Source of the DNA: a virus
Length of the DNA: 64,000 nt
Virus record (IMG/VR): IMGVR_UViG_3300037246_001677
Coordinates: 1 to 64,000 of that record
Strand: one strand, 5' to 3'
Both the position numbers and the translations under genes were made by a program. Below, one piece after another: positions 21,733-30,494 of this stretch; position 1 is the stretch's first letter; every line of letters starts with the position of its first letter. Under the pieces are notes generated by a model that worked only from the letters and a program-made list of their open reading frames with translations, was not told the origin of the DNA and did not search any database.

Positions 21733-22587
21733 ATGACATATATTGAAGATCGAAGTCCTTTTTTCAATGTTCGTAAAGAAAAAGTTCTCACCGAGTCGGG
21801 TCTGGAAGTACCGAATAAGGTTGCCTTAGTTAATGAGGACTTAGGTTCTATCGTTGGATTTGTTTCACCTGGATATGATGTTGTTAGAAACGAAACAATT
21901 TCTGATTTATTCGCCGGGGCAATCAGTGATCTGAAAGTAGCGAAAGTTGTAGATCACATGGATGCCACGACTAAACGGTGGAAACGACGGATTATATTTG
22001 ACGACGGTCGTTTGACTTCTGAAATTACAACCAGTGATGTGGTTGGTGTTTTACTTGAAGTCTATAACGGTTATGATGCCAGAACAGCCTACGGTTATTC
22101 ACTTATGGGTTACCGTTGGTTTTGTGAAAATGGCATGGTCATGGGTAAAAAGGAGTTATTCTCTGAATCCTTTGCCCACTATGATGGAAATGTTGACAAA
22201 CTTCGTGAGTCATTTGGAATGAAGTTCAATGCTTTTCATCAAAATGCGAAAACCTGGCAGGAATGGTCGAAAACTAAATTCGATGAAAATGACTTTAGGA
22301 CATTCGTCGATAAACATACCAAACCCGAAGGTGGCCGAGCGGCTAAAAATCAATATTTGACTCCCAATATTGGCAGTGGTGTCAAACAATATTTTCAACC
22401 TTTACTCGCTCAGCAACGATTGCCTGAAACCAAATGGGGTGCTTTTAATGTCCTCACATGGTTGGCAACTCACGAAACTAAAGCCCGCAAGGGTTCCAAC
22501 CTGTTTTCTAACAGGTATAAGAACATGTCTCGACTCGCCGGTGATTTCTACTCTGGTGAAGAGTCAAAAGCACTCGTTCTTAGATAA
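21733..22587 (+). CDS. DUF932-like protein
   Basis: VG.VS..Y.VV.N, N.YD, R.FCENG, H, TKWGAFN.LT..ATH. Confidence 0.75.
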   Translation: MTYIEDRSPFFNVRKEKVLTESGLEVPNKVALVNEDLGSIVGFVSPGYDVVRNETISDLFAGAISDLKVAKVVDHMDATTKRWKRRIIFDDGRLTSEITTSDVVGVLLEVYNGYDARTAYGYSLMGYRWFCENGMVMGKKELFSESFAHYDGNVDKLRESFGMKFNAFHQNAKTWQEWSKTKFDENDFRTFVDKHTKPEGGRAAKNQYLTPNIGSGVKQYFQPLLAQQRLPETKWGAFNVLTWLATHETKARKGSNLFSNRYKNMSRLAGDFYSGEESKALVLR

Positions 22588-22814
22588 ACGATCTCCCCCA
22601 TGGTTTCCAGGTTCCATTCAAAAACCTGGCTGATTTTTAAAATATACAAAGCCCTGTATACCTGATGAACAGCGTCACTTTTTATCAAAGAATTACTGTC
22701 AATTTAAAGATAATCTAAGAAGCTGGCCAGTGTTAGTTATAGGAGCGATGAAGCAAGACAGAAGCTAGACTCGTGATATAATTAACTAGGCACACTTTTT
22801 TTAACGATTTTGTT

Positions 22815-22914
22815 TAAGGGTTTAGTTTGGTAACTATGTGTGCATTGCACTCCATTAATGCTTCGGCATTGAGTGCTTTGTACGATCAAGTTAGTACTAA
22901 AAGCATAAACCTTA
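22815..22914 (+). ncRNA. Putative rod-shaped ncRNA capped by a UUCG tetraloop
   Basis: TAAGGGTTTA...AATGC-TTCG-GCATT...TAAACCTTA bulged hairpin. Confidence 0.55.
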
Positions 22915-23004
22915 GTCCTATGGGTTTTGGTCGGCCGTTTATGGCCGTTAGCGCGCAACCTATGACTCATAGGCCGGAATGATGGATAGCTTCCTGAAAC
23001 CGAA

Positions 23005-23077
23005 CGGGTGGTACGCTAACTGGCAAAGCGGCGGTGAAAAACCGTGTTTGCAGGTTCGAATCCTGTCTGCCCAACCA
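23005..23077 (+). ncRNA. tRNA-like RNA with shortened anticodon arm
   Basis: D-arm CGCT/AGCG, GCGGT-GAAAA-ACCGT arm, T-arm GCAGGTTCGAATCCTGT, C1:A72 mismatch, CCA. Confidence 0.65.
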
Positions 23078-23299
23078 AACCAATTTCGGGATTTGATTTG
23101 ATAAGAGAAAACTGTACTTCACTACGGTGTAGACGGTTGACAATTAAATCTAAATTCAAACCACCAAACCGGTGGAATATCAAGATGCCGTTTGTACATG
23201 GCTCTGTTTATCCTGGCAACCATCGCTCAGGAACGGTGAGAGAAGAACTATACTCGTGCTGGTAATAAAAAGACAGGAAGCGCTTTGTATAGTTCAGGG

Positions 23300-23375
23300 A
23301 AACTGAATTGTCGTCTAATTGCTAAGACTACTTTGCGCAAAAGTGATGTTGGTTAGAATCCAACCTGTTCAGTTT
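23300..23375 (+). ncRNA. tRNA-like RNA without CCA
   Basis: AAACTGAAT/GTTCAGTTT stem, D-arm GTCT/AGAC, ACTTT-GCGCA-AAAGT, T-arm GTTGG-TTAGAAT-CCAAC. Confidence 0.55.
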
Positions 23376-24023
23376 AATTCAAATAAAAGGGGAAACAATA
23401 TGTCTACAGCATTTAAAAAAAATATTGGAAAAACATTGATTAGAAAAAATGGTAAGAAGTGTACGATCTTGGCAGCTAAGAAACATTCTTATCATGTTAT
23501 GTCAAGTGACCGCGATGTTGATGAAAACGGTTGTGTCAAGACCTTCGATATTTGGGGCTTTGATATTGAAAACCATAACGCTCAGGTACTTCACGAAATT
23601 TAAGAAACAGGAGACAAAAATATGAAAAAAGATCAATTATATACAATGACAGATGAACACAGAGTCGCTAGACACAAGGCCGGTAAGGAAATATGTAAAG
23701 TAATTGATGAATTTACTGAAAATGTATTTTATCAATGCGAACTTCGTGGTTATCTTTTGTCTGATGAAGAAGTAATTGACATTACGGTCGCCGCAATGTA
23801 TGATCTTCTTCGTAACACAAAAGATTATGACGGGATGTAAAAATGAATAAATTATTAGAAAACTTATTAGAAATACATGAAATAATGAGTGATGTTGAAA
23901 AATTTGTTAATATCAAGGGACATATTGAAAGCCTTGATACTAACGGCGAAGGATACAAACAAATTGTCAATGAAACCGATATTCTTATTAGAGTATTGGA
24001 ACGATTTTCAAAAAGGAAATAAA

Positions 24024-24413
24024 ATGGACAAAGAAAAAGCTAAAACTTTAAGAGATAAATTGAATATAGCACTTAGAGGCGTTGAGGTTGGTCTTGGTGT
24101 AAAAATCAGTGTTGGTAGAATAACTTACTCAGATACCGATTTTAAACTTCAACTGTCTGGTATTGACTCAATTGCCGGTGCTGATAACTTTTTAGAAACC
24201 GAGTTCTTGACAAAATGTGGTATTTATGATCTAAGAATGGAAGACCTTGGTAGACTTGTTAGAATCAACGGCAGTGTTCATAAAATTATAGGTCTGAAAG
24301 TTAGAAATAGAAAATATCCTATCATAACTGAAAGACAAGACAACAAAAAACAATATAAACTAACTGCAAGGCAGGTAACAGAAGCCATAAGGAGGATTGA
24401 TGGAACGCGATAA
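24024..24413 (+). CDS. Phage hypothetical protein
   Basis: AAAGGA RBS before MDKEKAK; IIGLK.RNRKYPI motif. Confidence 0.6.
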   Translation: MDKEKAKTLRDKLNIALRGVEVGLGVKISVGRITYSDTDFKLQLSGIDSIAGADNFLETEFLTKCGIYDLRMEDLGRLVRINGSVHKIIGLKVRNRKYPIITERQDNKKQYKLTARQVTEAIRRIDGTR

Positions 24414-24672
24414 ACTTAAAAAATGTAAGTTTCTAGCATATGAAATGATTAAATATGATGATACTAAAATACGTGGTGTGAATATGTGTATCCAGCTCGA
24501 GCAAGCTACACAACTAAAACGGATCGCGGATGCTCTGGAAGCAGCCAATAAAGAAGTAGATAGAAAGGCGATGTCGAGAGGACGTTGTGGTCCAATGTAA
24601 ACGACCCGATTTACATTGGAAATTCCATGTGATATAATAAAGGGATAGAATCAAATAAAAAAGGGAAAAATT

Positions 24673-25233
24673 ATGGAATTTGTGACTACTGAAAGAGGAA
24701 GACACACAATCCAATTTGAAAATGGTTATATGATATTTTCAAGGATTACTGCTGACATTGACAGGGGATATAAATATATTGTTTATTCTGGGACTAACAC
24801 AACCACAACATGTGTTAGCTCTTCAAGAGCAAAAAAGAAAAGATATGTAAAGATAATTGAGGGTGAAAACTTCACGGTTCGAGTCAAAGACCTGAGGCGA
24901 GATGATAAAAGTGCTTTTCCAAAAAATATTGTCTCCAAAATCTCACTATCGTTTCTAAAAAAACTTATTATGGAAAATATTGAAGGCGATTATTTACCTT
25001 TTAGCAAAATTCCGATAATATCAAAGGCAATCAATGATCTTGAAAGTGATTCTGACACTTGGGATAACGATCCAGATATTGATGATAATTGGGATGACGA
25101 CGAGAATGAAGTCAAACCAAAGAAAACTTTGAAAAAAGGAGTAAAACATGGCAAAAAAAGGAAATTAGGAGTTAGACAAAAAGTTTCATTAAAAAGAGTA
25201 AAGAAGAAAAAAACTTTAAAGAAAGGAAAATAA
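24673..25233 (+). CDS. Hypothetical protein with acidic then Lys-rich tail
   Basis: Follows promoter at 24610. Confidence 0.6.
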   Translation: MEFVTTERGRHTIQFENGYMIFSRITADIDRGYKYIVYSGTNTTTTCVSSSRAKKKRYVKIIEGENFTVRVKDLRRDDKSAFPKNIVSKISLSFLKKLIMENIEGDYLPFSKIPIISKAINDLESDSDTWDNDPDIDDNWDDDENEVKPKKTLKKGVKHGKKRKLGVRQKVSLKRVKKKKTLKKGK

Positions 25234-25907
25234 ATGGCAAAGAAAAAGTCCAAGAAAAAAGCAGTCAAAAAGGTCGTAACAAATGCAATGTTTGCTGAAA
25301 CAAACGAAGCATTCCTAACGGCAGTTGAACTCGTAAAAACAGTCAACGGCATGGACAAAATTCAACCCACAACTCGCCAGGCCAGCAAATGGCGAAATAA
25401 AAAGGGAGTTGTTTACAAGCACTCCAAAGGTATGTTATAATAGGAAAATAAATCAAATGGAGGATAATTCGTTATGGAGAACAAAACCTGTGAAGTAATA
25501 GATTTAGATGGATGGCGGTTTATGTTCAGTGAATGTAATGAGTGGCCAGAAGATTTGATGGATGTACCGGAAAGTGAAGAAAGCACTAAAGGATATATGC
25601 CATGTTAATTAAATCTGTGAAATATAAAGGAAAAAGCCTTAACTGTTTGAAATTCAAAAGAATTATCGGTAAAAATGGTAAACTTAAAGCCGAAAATATT
25701 CATGTTGTTATGACAAACATGGAGCTAATGACATTATGTAAAAAAATCAACGAAAGATTTAGCAACGAGCAATTTCTAGCAGTTAAAGTTCCAAAGAAAA
25801 CTGTTCCACCAAAACCAATCAAGAAAAAGCCCAAAACGGTTGCTCTGTTTGGTATGGTTGACACAGAAATTGATGTATAAATGGAAAAACACGAAAGGAA
25901 AGTAAAA

Positions 25908-26486
25908 ATGTCTTATAAATTATTTAGAGCAATCACTTTAGCTGGTTGCATTTTCACATTGACAATAGCAGGCTGTTCCACTGTTTTTAAAACAACTGAG
26001 GACAGATGTATGGAATTAGCCATGAGTGGTAAAATGACTTCCATGAATACAAATTACAATAAATGTATGGAAGCAGCCACAAAACAAAACTTTTTAGCTT
26101 ATAAGGGCGGTCCAGATGGTCCAGATGGACCTGGTGCAGATGGACCTGGTGCCGGTGGAAGTACTGGTGGCGGTTCGACTGGTTCCGGTGGAAGTACTGG
26201 TGGCGGTTCGACTGGTTCCGGTGGAAGTACTGGTGGCGGTTCGACTGGTGGCGGTTCGACTGGTGGTCCTGGTTCCGGTGGTCCTGGTCCTGGTTCCGGT
26301 GGTCCTGGTCCTGGTTCCGGTGGTGGTCCTGGTAATGGTAATGGAAACGCTGGTAATTCAGGAAACGGTGGTGGAAACACTAACGGTAGCGGTCCTGGTT
26401 CTGGTAATAATGGTCAAAATAACGGCCAAGGACATGGTGCCTCCAACGGTGGTGGTGGAAATGGCAATGGTGCCGGTAATCCCTAA
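25908..26486 (+). CDS. Gly-rich repeat putative lipoprotein
   Basis: Hydrophobic signal with IAGC lipobox; GGSTG, GPGSG and GN repeats. Confidence 0.7.
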   Translation: MSYKLFRAITLAGCIFTLTIAGCSTVFKTTEDRCMELAMSGKMTSMNTNYNKCMEAATKQNFLAYKGGPDGPDGPGADGPGAGGSTGGGSTGSGGSTGGGSTGSGGSTGGGSTGGGSTGGPGSGGPGPGSGGPGPGSGGGPGNGNGNAGNSGNGGGNTNGSGPGSGNNGQNNGQGHGASNGGGGNGNGAGNP

Positions 26487-27033
26487 TGGAAAATAAATTA
26501 ATATGCACAAGAAAGTTCTACCTTCATGGAAGTAAAGAATACAACTGGGGTGAAATGGAAGATATGGTACAAGAAGGATTCTTTAATGGATGGTCTGATG
26601 TCAAAAAAGATGATTTCAGAGAACAATTCATCTATTCGCTCTATGAGGTAGAACTTGAATTACAAATTTATGACGATGGTACTACCAAAATTGTTGAAGT
26701 GGATGGTAACAAAGTTGTTCGTGAGCAGAAACAAATGCCATTATTCAATCAAGAAAATTAGTTTACATCTGTGTGAAAAAAAGTTATAATAAATCTTAAT
26801 CAAATGGAAAAAGATGTATAAATAAGAATAGGAGAAAATGATGGGAAAATCAGATAAAAAATATAACGTCGGAAATGGGAAAGGAAACACGACGCGCTGG
26901 TTTAGGTATTCTAAAACAAATACCATGGCCATATCTGAACTCCCAGGCACACAAAATTTAAGATCACTTCATATTATAAATCCATCAGAGGAAAAAGCAA
27001 TATGAAGTAATAGCAGAAACATAAGATATTAAC

Positions 27034-27066
27034 AAAGGGTTTCTGCTGAAGTAGAAACCCTTTTTT
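27034..27066 (+). terminator. Intrinsic terminator-like hairpin
   Basis: AAAGGGTTTCTGC/GTAGAAACCC + T6. Confidence 0.7.
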
Positions 27067-27078
27067 ATTGTTTTATTA

Positions 27079-27153
27079 GCGGGTATGGTGTTAACGGCAG
27101 CATAAGAGATTTCCAATCTTTTGGTGTCGGTTCGAATCCGACTACTCGCTCCA
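27079..27153 (+). tRNA. tRNA-Gly(TCC)
   Basis: Cloverleaf, loop TTTCCAA, CCA. Confidence 0.93.
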
Positions 27154-27158
27154 TTTTA

Positions 27159-27316
27159 AATGTACCCCACAAAAATAACTGTAAGAAAGCAGACCAATTG
27201 TGGACCTAAGACGAGCAACAGTCAAAACGGGTGAAAAATCATCGTCAGTCCTGTTGACGTAAGCCGAGCATGACATAAGCGGGGCTTCTAAGTGCAAATC
27301 TTGTCAGGGGTACATT
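27159..27316 (+). ncRNA. Structured ncRNA of unknown family
   Basis: AATGTACCCC/GGGGTACATT closing stem; crossing GACGA/TCGTC and CAACAG/CTGTTG pairings. Confidence 0.65.
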
Positions 27317-27325
27317 AAAAAATTC

Positions 27326-27400
27326 GCGGGTATGATGTTAACGGTAGCATGTTAGCTTGCCAAGCTAATCGTGTCGGTTCGAATCCGATTACTCGCTCCA
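27326..27400 (+). tRNA. tRNA-Gly(GCC)
   Basis: Cloverleaf, loop TTGCCAA, CCA. Confidence 0.93.
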
Positions 27401-27404
27401 TTAT

Positions 27405-27507
27405 GGCCCTGACACAACTATTCTAGCCGATGGTGGGTGTGTCCAAATTTAAGATTGCTAGAGGTCTTAAATTTGGGTTCTGGTTCGACTCCAAGACAGG
27501 GACACCA
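27405..27507 (+). ncRNA. Aberrant tRNA-like RNA
   Basis: CCCTG/CAGGG acceptor-like stem, TTCGACT T-loop, CCA, 13-bp hairpin CCAAATTTAAGAT/GTCTTAAATTTGG. Confidence 0.6.
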
Positions 27508-27514
27508 AATTTAA

Positions 27515-27621
27515 GTGAGAAATGGTTGGCGCATGAGGGCCCGGTTATTTCAGAGGATATTGCAATATCGTTATGAAATTCCATGAAATGTGTTGGTGGT
27601 TCGATTCCACCTCTTGCACCA
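27515..27621 (+). ncRNA. Aberrant tRNA-like RNA
   Basis: T-arm GGTGG-TTCGATT-CCACC, 6-bp acceptor, CCA; long irregular arm replaces D/anticodon arms. Confidence 0.55.
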
Positions 27622-27702
27622 ATTTTAAGTCATTACCAGTGGTAATTGACTCTGTAAAGGTTAGCTCGGAACCAGCCTGGCAAATCCGAGTTACAAATTT
27701 TC

Positions 27703-27777
27703 AGCCCTTTAGTAGAATGGCGATAACGTCTGGTTTACACCCAGAAGACGATGGTTCGATTCCTTCAAGGGCTACCA
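27703..27777 (+). tRNA. tRNA-Val(TAC)
   Basis: TCTGG-TTTACAC-CCAGA, T-arm, CCA. Confidence 0.88.
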
Positions 27778-27784
27778 AGATTTT

Positions 27785-27860
27785 CGGAGATGTGGTGTAA
27801 TCTGGTAACACGGGTGGTTTGGGACCACCAGACGCGGTTCAAATCCGACATCCCCGACCA
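27785..27860 (+). tRNA. tRNA-Pro(TGG)
   Basis: GGTGG-TTTGGGA-CCACC, C1-G72, CCA. Confidence 0.88.
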
Positions 27861-27866
27861 TAATTT

Positions 27867-27940
27867 CGGGAATTGGTGTAGTGGTAGCATGGGGCGTTCG
27901 GAGCGCTCTGACACTGGTTCGATCCCAGTATTCCCGACCA
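27867..27940 (+). tRNA. tRNA-Pro(CGG)
   Basis: GGGCG-TTCGGAG-CGCTC, CCA. Confidence 0.9.
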
Positions 27941-27946
27941 TAATTT

Positions 27947-28075
27947 TGATGTATTGTAGTCGTGGGTTCCTTCTGAACAGTTGACTAAAGGAACATCTGG
28001 CCCGGCGATCGTGGAGTCCTCCCTGCCGGGGAATAACTGAGGACCTTAGGCTGTTCACACGACTAGAGTACATCA
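27947..28075 (+). ncRNA. Structured ncRNA with two apparent pseudoknots
   Basis: ~18-bp closing stem; GTTCCTT/AAGGAAC crossing TGAACAGT/GCTGTTCA; CCCGGC/GCCGGG crossing GTCCTC/GAGGAC. Confidence 0.7.
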
Positions 28076-28084
28076 GACAATTTT

Positions 28085-28160
28085 GGCCCCATAGTTCAAC
28101 GGCATAGAACATGAGTCTTCTAAACTCAATATGAAGGTTCGATTCCTTCTGGGGTCTCCA
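28085..28160 (+). tRNA. tRNA-Arg(TCT)
   Basis: TGAGT-CTTCTAA-ACTCA, CCA. Confidence 0.92.
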
Positions 28161-28171
28161 TAAAGATTTTA

Positions 28172-28246
28172 GCCGGTATGATGTTAACGGTAGCATATCA
28201 GTTTTGTAATCTGAGTGTGCGGGTTCGATTCCTGTTACCGGCTCCA
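28172..28246 (+). tRNA. tRNA-Thr(TGT)
   Basis: Loop TTTGTAA, CCA. Confidence 0.9.
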
Positions 28247-28258
28247 TAAAAAGTATTT

Positions 28259-28333
28259 GCTTCGGTCGTCTATCGGTCAGGATAACAGGCTTTCAACCTG
28301 TCGAGCGGGGTTCGATTCCCCGTCGAAGCACCA
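28259..28333 (+). tRNA. tRNA-Glu(TTC)
   Basis: ACAGG-CTTTCAA-CCTGT, CCA. Confidence 0.92.
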
Positions 28334-28336
28334 ATT

Positions 28337-28402
28337 TGGGAGTAAAGAGAATACTAGTAAAACTCTTATAATGGCAATGTTGGTTCGATTCCAACCTCCT
28401 CA
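28337..28402 (+). ncRNA. tRNA-like RNA or pseudo-tRNA lacking an anticodon arm
   Basis: TGGGGAG/CTCCTCA acceptor, AAGAG/CTCTT arm, GTTGG-TTCGATT-CCAAC; no anticodon stem or CCA. Confidence 0.55.
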
Positions 28403-28416
28403 TATAAATTAAACAT

Positions 28417-28490
28417 TCCGGTGTAGTTCAAGGGCAGAACGTACGGCTGTTAACCGTAGAATACTGGTTCGATTCCAGTCTCCGGAGCCA
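28417..28490 (+). tRNA. tRNA-Asn(GTT)
   Basis: TACGG-CTGTTAA-CCGTA, U1-A72, G73, CCA. Confidence 0.93.
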
Positions 28491-28500
28491 ACAAATTATA

Positions 28501-28573
28501 AGGGTCGTGGGAGATGGTCTCCAATCTGGCTCCAAACCAGTAGGAAAGGGTTCGATTCCTTTACGGCCTGCCA
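28501..28573 (+). tRNA. tRNA-Trp(CCA)
   Basis: CTGG-CTCCAAA-CCAG, G73, CCA. Confidence 0.87.
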
Positions 28574-28583
28574 CAAAATTCAT

Positions 28584-28659
28584 GGGAGCGTAGTGATAAT
28601 TGGGAACACATCTGGTTTGCACCCAGAAATTGCAGGTTCGAGTCCTGTCGCCTCCACCA
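28584..28659 (+). tRNA. tRNA-Ala(TGC)
   Basis: Loop TTTGCAC, G3:U70, CCA. Confidence 0.92.
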
Positions 28660-28662
28660 TTT

Positions 28663-28780
28663 TTAGTACTAGTTCAACATCCAGAATGTCGAAACCTGGT
28701 TTGCAGGAGTATGGATGGACAATTGGGGTTGCTATCGACAAGCAATCAGAGGTGTCAAGTCGCTTCGTTCTGGTACTTAA
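28663..28780 (+). ncRNA. Structured ncRNA with a possible kissing loop
   Basis: AGTACTAG/CTGGTACT closing stem; CATCCA/TGGATG; TGTCGA complementary to hairpin loop TCGACA. Confidence 0.65.
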
Positions 28781-28787
28781 CAATTTT

Positions 28788-28862
28788 GGGTCATTAGCTC
28801 AATGGTCGAGCACCAAGCTGTTAACTTGGATTATTTCGGTTCAAGTCCGAAGTGGCCCTCCA
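28788..28862 (+). tRNA. tRNA with GTT (Asn) anticodon and atypical acceptor (G1-C72, U73)
   Basis: CCAAG-CTGTTAA-CTTGG, CCA. Confidence 0.85.
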
Positions 28863-28870
28863 CAAAATTT

Positions 28871-28948
28871 GCATCGGTAGCTCAGTCTGGTAGAGCACTT
28901 GGGTGAAGTCCAGGGTTGTCGTGGGTTCAATTCCTACTCGGTGCACCA
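28871..28948 (+). tRNA. tRNA-Phe(GAA)
   Basis: CTTGG-GTGAAGT-CCAGG, CCA. Confidence 0.88.
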
Positions 28949-29426
28949 AATTAAAAATGAAAGGATAAAGTCATGTTTAAAATGTTTTTCATAGAACTTA
29001 CAAACATTGGATCAGAAATAAATTTATCCTTAATAAAAACAGATAAAGAACATCCAGTACTTAATCAAATAACTGTAAGAATATATCATAAACTATATGG
29101 AACAGGAAAATGAAATGTAATAACTGTATAAAAAAAGAAAATTGTGAAATAAATGATGATTTTTTAATGGACCTCAATAATCAATGTGAAGGTGATATTA
29201 TGAATAAAAGGTGGAAATTAAATCAACAAAATTATGACGAAAAGGTCGAATTTAGTTTAATAGACACCAAACTAAATATTACTGTACAAATGTCCCTGAC
29301 AAATTGGATGTTAATTGATGTGTTTACAACTGTCGGTGGATTTGATAAAGTGGAACTCGATGAAAGTGTTGACGAGAAAAAACTTTTAGATTATTTAGAA
29401 TGGGAAAAGAGTAGAAATTAAAATTT

Positions 29427-29500
29427 GGGCTGTTAGTTCAGTGGTAGAACAGTGGGCTTTTAACCCTCAGATCAGAGTTCGATTCTCTGGCGGCCCACCA
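29427..29500 (+). tRNA. tRNA-Lys(TTT)
   Basis: Loop CTTTTAA, CCA. Confidence 0.9.
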
Positions 29501-29647
29501 ATTTTAAAAGATTTACAAAGTTATTGTGATTTGATATAATAAAAGAAAAACTATGAAAAAGGAAAACGATGAACCCAAAAAAAATAAAATGGGATACTTC
29601 AGGTAAACCAAAATCTAAAATAAAATCAAGATAGTAAAGATAAATGA

Positions 29648-29726
29648 TGCGGTGTAGGGGAGCCGGGACGTCCCCGCTAGCCTCATAAGCTAGAGATCGG
29701 TGGTTCAAATCCATCCACCGCTACCA
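29648..29726 (+). tRNA. tRNA-Met(CAT), 1:72 mismatch (initiator-like)
   Basis: CTAGC-CTCATAA-GCTAG, TTCAAAT T-loop, CCA. Confidence 0.88.
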
Positions 29727-29730
29727 ATTT

Positions 29731-29860
29731 GGAGTGACATGGAAAACAGAGGCGAGTAATTGATCTTCGATTATGGTTGTGTAAATAGACATGTAGAATC
29801 CACATAATTGAACACAGGCCCAGATCAAAAGAAAGCCATCTTTAGTACTTCGCTCCACCA
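29731..29860 (+). ncRNA. Rod-like ncRNA with a tRNA-type acceptor stem and CCA
   Basis: GGAGTGA/TCGCTCC-A-CCA enclosing AGAGGC/GCCATCT, TTGATCT/AGATCAA and TCGATTATG/CATAATTGA stems; no T-arm. Confidence 0.65.
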
Positions 29861-29865
29861 TATTT

Positions 29866-29958
29866 GGGGGCTATTCCGGTGAGCGGACTGTAAATCCGTT
29901 GCACGCAAAAACTTCATCGGCGGTTGTGCAGGTGGTTCAATTCCTCTAGCCCTCACCA
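29866..29958 (+). tRNA. tRNA-Tyr(GTA), D-arm-less with enlarged variable arm
   Basis: GCGGA-CTGTAAA-TCCGT; only 10 nt between acceptor and anticodon stems; CCA. Confidence 0.8.
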
Positions 29959-30034
29959 AATTAAACAAAGGAGATAATATGACTGTATTTGATACCGACA
30001 TCCATTAAGGTAAATAACTTAATGGAGGTATAAA

Positions 30035-30355
30035 ATGAAAAATGGTGATGTTGTTTATACTTATGACTGGCAAAAAGGTTATACAAAAAGAGTAGCGGTT
30101 CCTTTTCGTTACAGATTTGATCCGGTTCCGGGTATTAGCAGATGGAAAGGCAGTTATTTTAGTTGCTATTACAAAACTCCCAGACACATAAACGAAAAAA
30201 AACAATGGTTCAGCAGTGATGGATACGGAAGAACGAAAAGAAGTCCAGAAAATCTCCAGAACCCTTGGAATGACTCTCCAAGAGCAGATCGTTATTATGA
30301 TAGTTCTTGGAAAAAATCCAGAAAGGTAAATAGACAATGGCAGAAGAATCTTTAG
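30035..30355 (+). CDS. Basic aromatic-rich hypothetical protein
   Basis: GGAGG RBS; L..PW.D..R...SWK...K..RQW pattern. Confidence 0.65.
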   Translation: MKNGDVVYTYDWQKGYTKRVAVPFRYRFDPVPGISRWKGSYFSCYYKTPRHINEKKQWFSSDGYGRTKRSPENLQNPWNDSPRADRYYDSSWKKSRKVNRQWQKNL

Positions 30356-30494
30356 CAGTCAAATATTTAGAATACATGGACAAAGAAGATCGTGGTGAAA
30401 CATTTGATGACTTCTTTGACTGGGTTGGTACTAAAAAACAATACAGAACAGATTTTGCAGTTTGCGCAATTTTAAATCAAGCAGAAAAAATTAT

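Noticed and set aside
26099-26496. Pro-rich minus-strand and Val-rich alternate-frame ORFs
   Set aside because: Shadows of the Gly-rich gene.
27405-27507. Second amber suppressor (CTA in hairpin loop TGCTAGAG)
   Set aside because: The 13-bp stem and loop geometry are not an anticodon arm; no U33.
27573-28880. ORFs overlapping the tRNA cluster (e.g. 27765-28247)
   Set aside because: They overlap clear tRNA cloverleaves; typical spurious translations.
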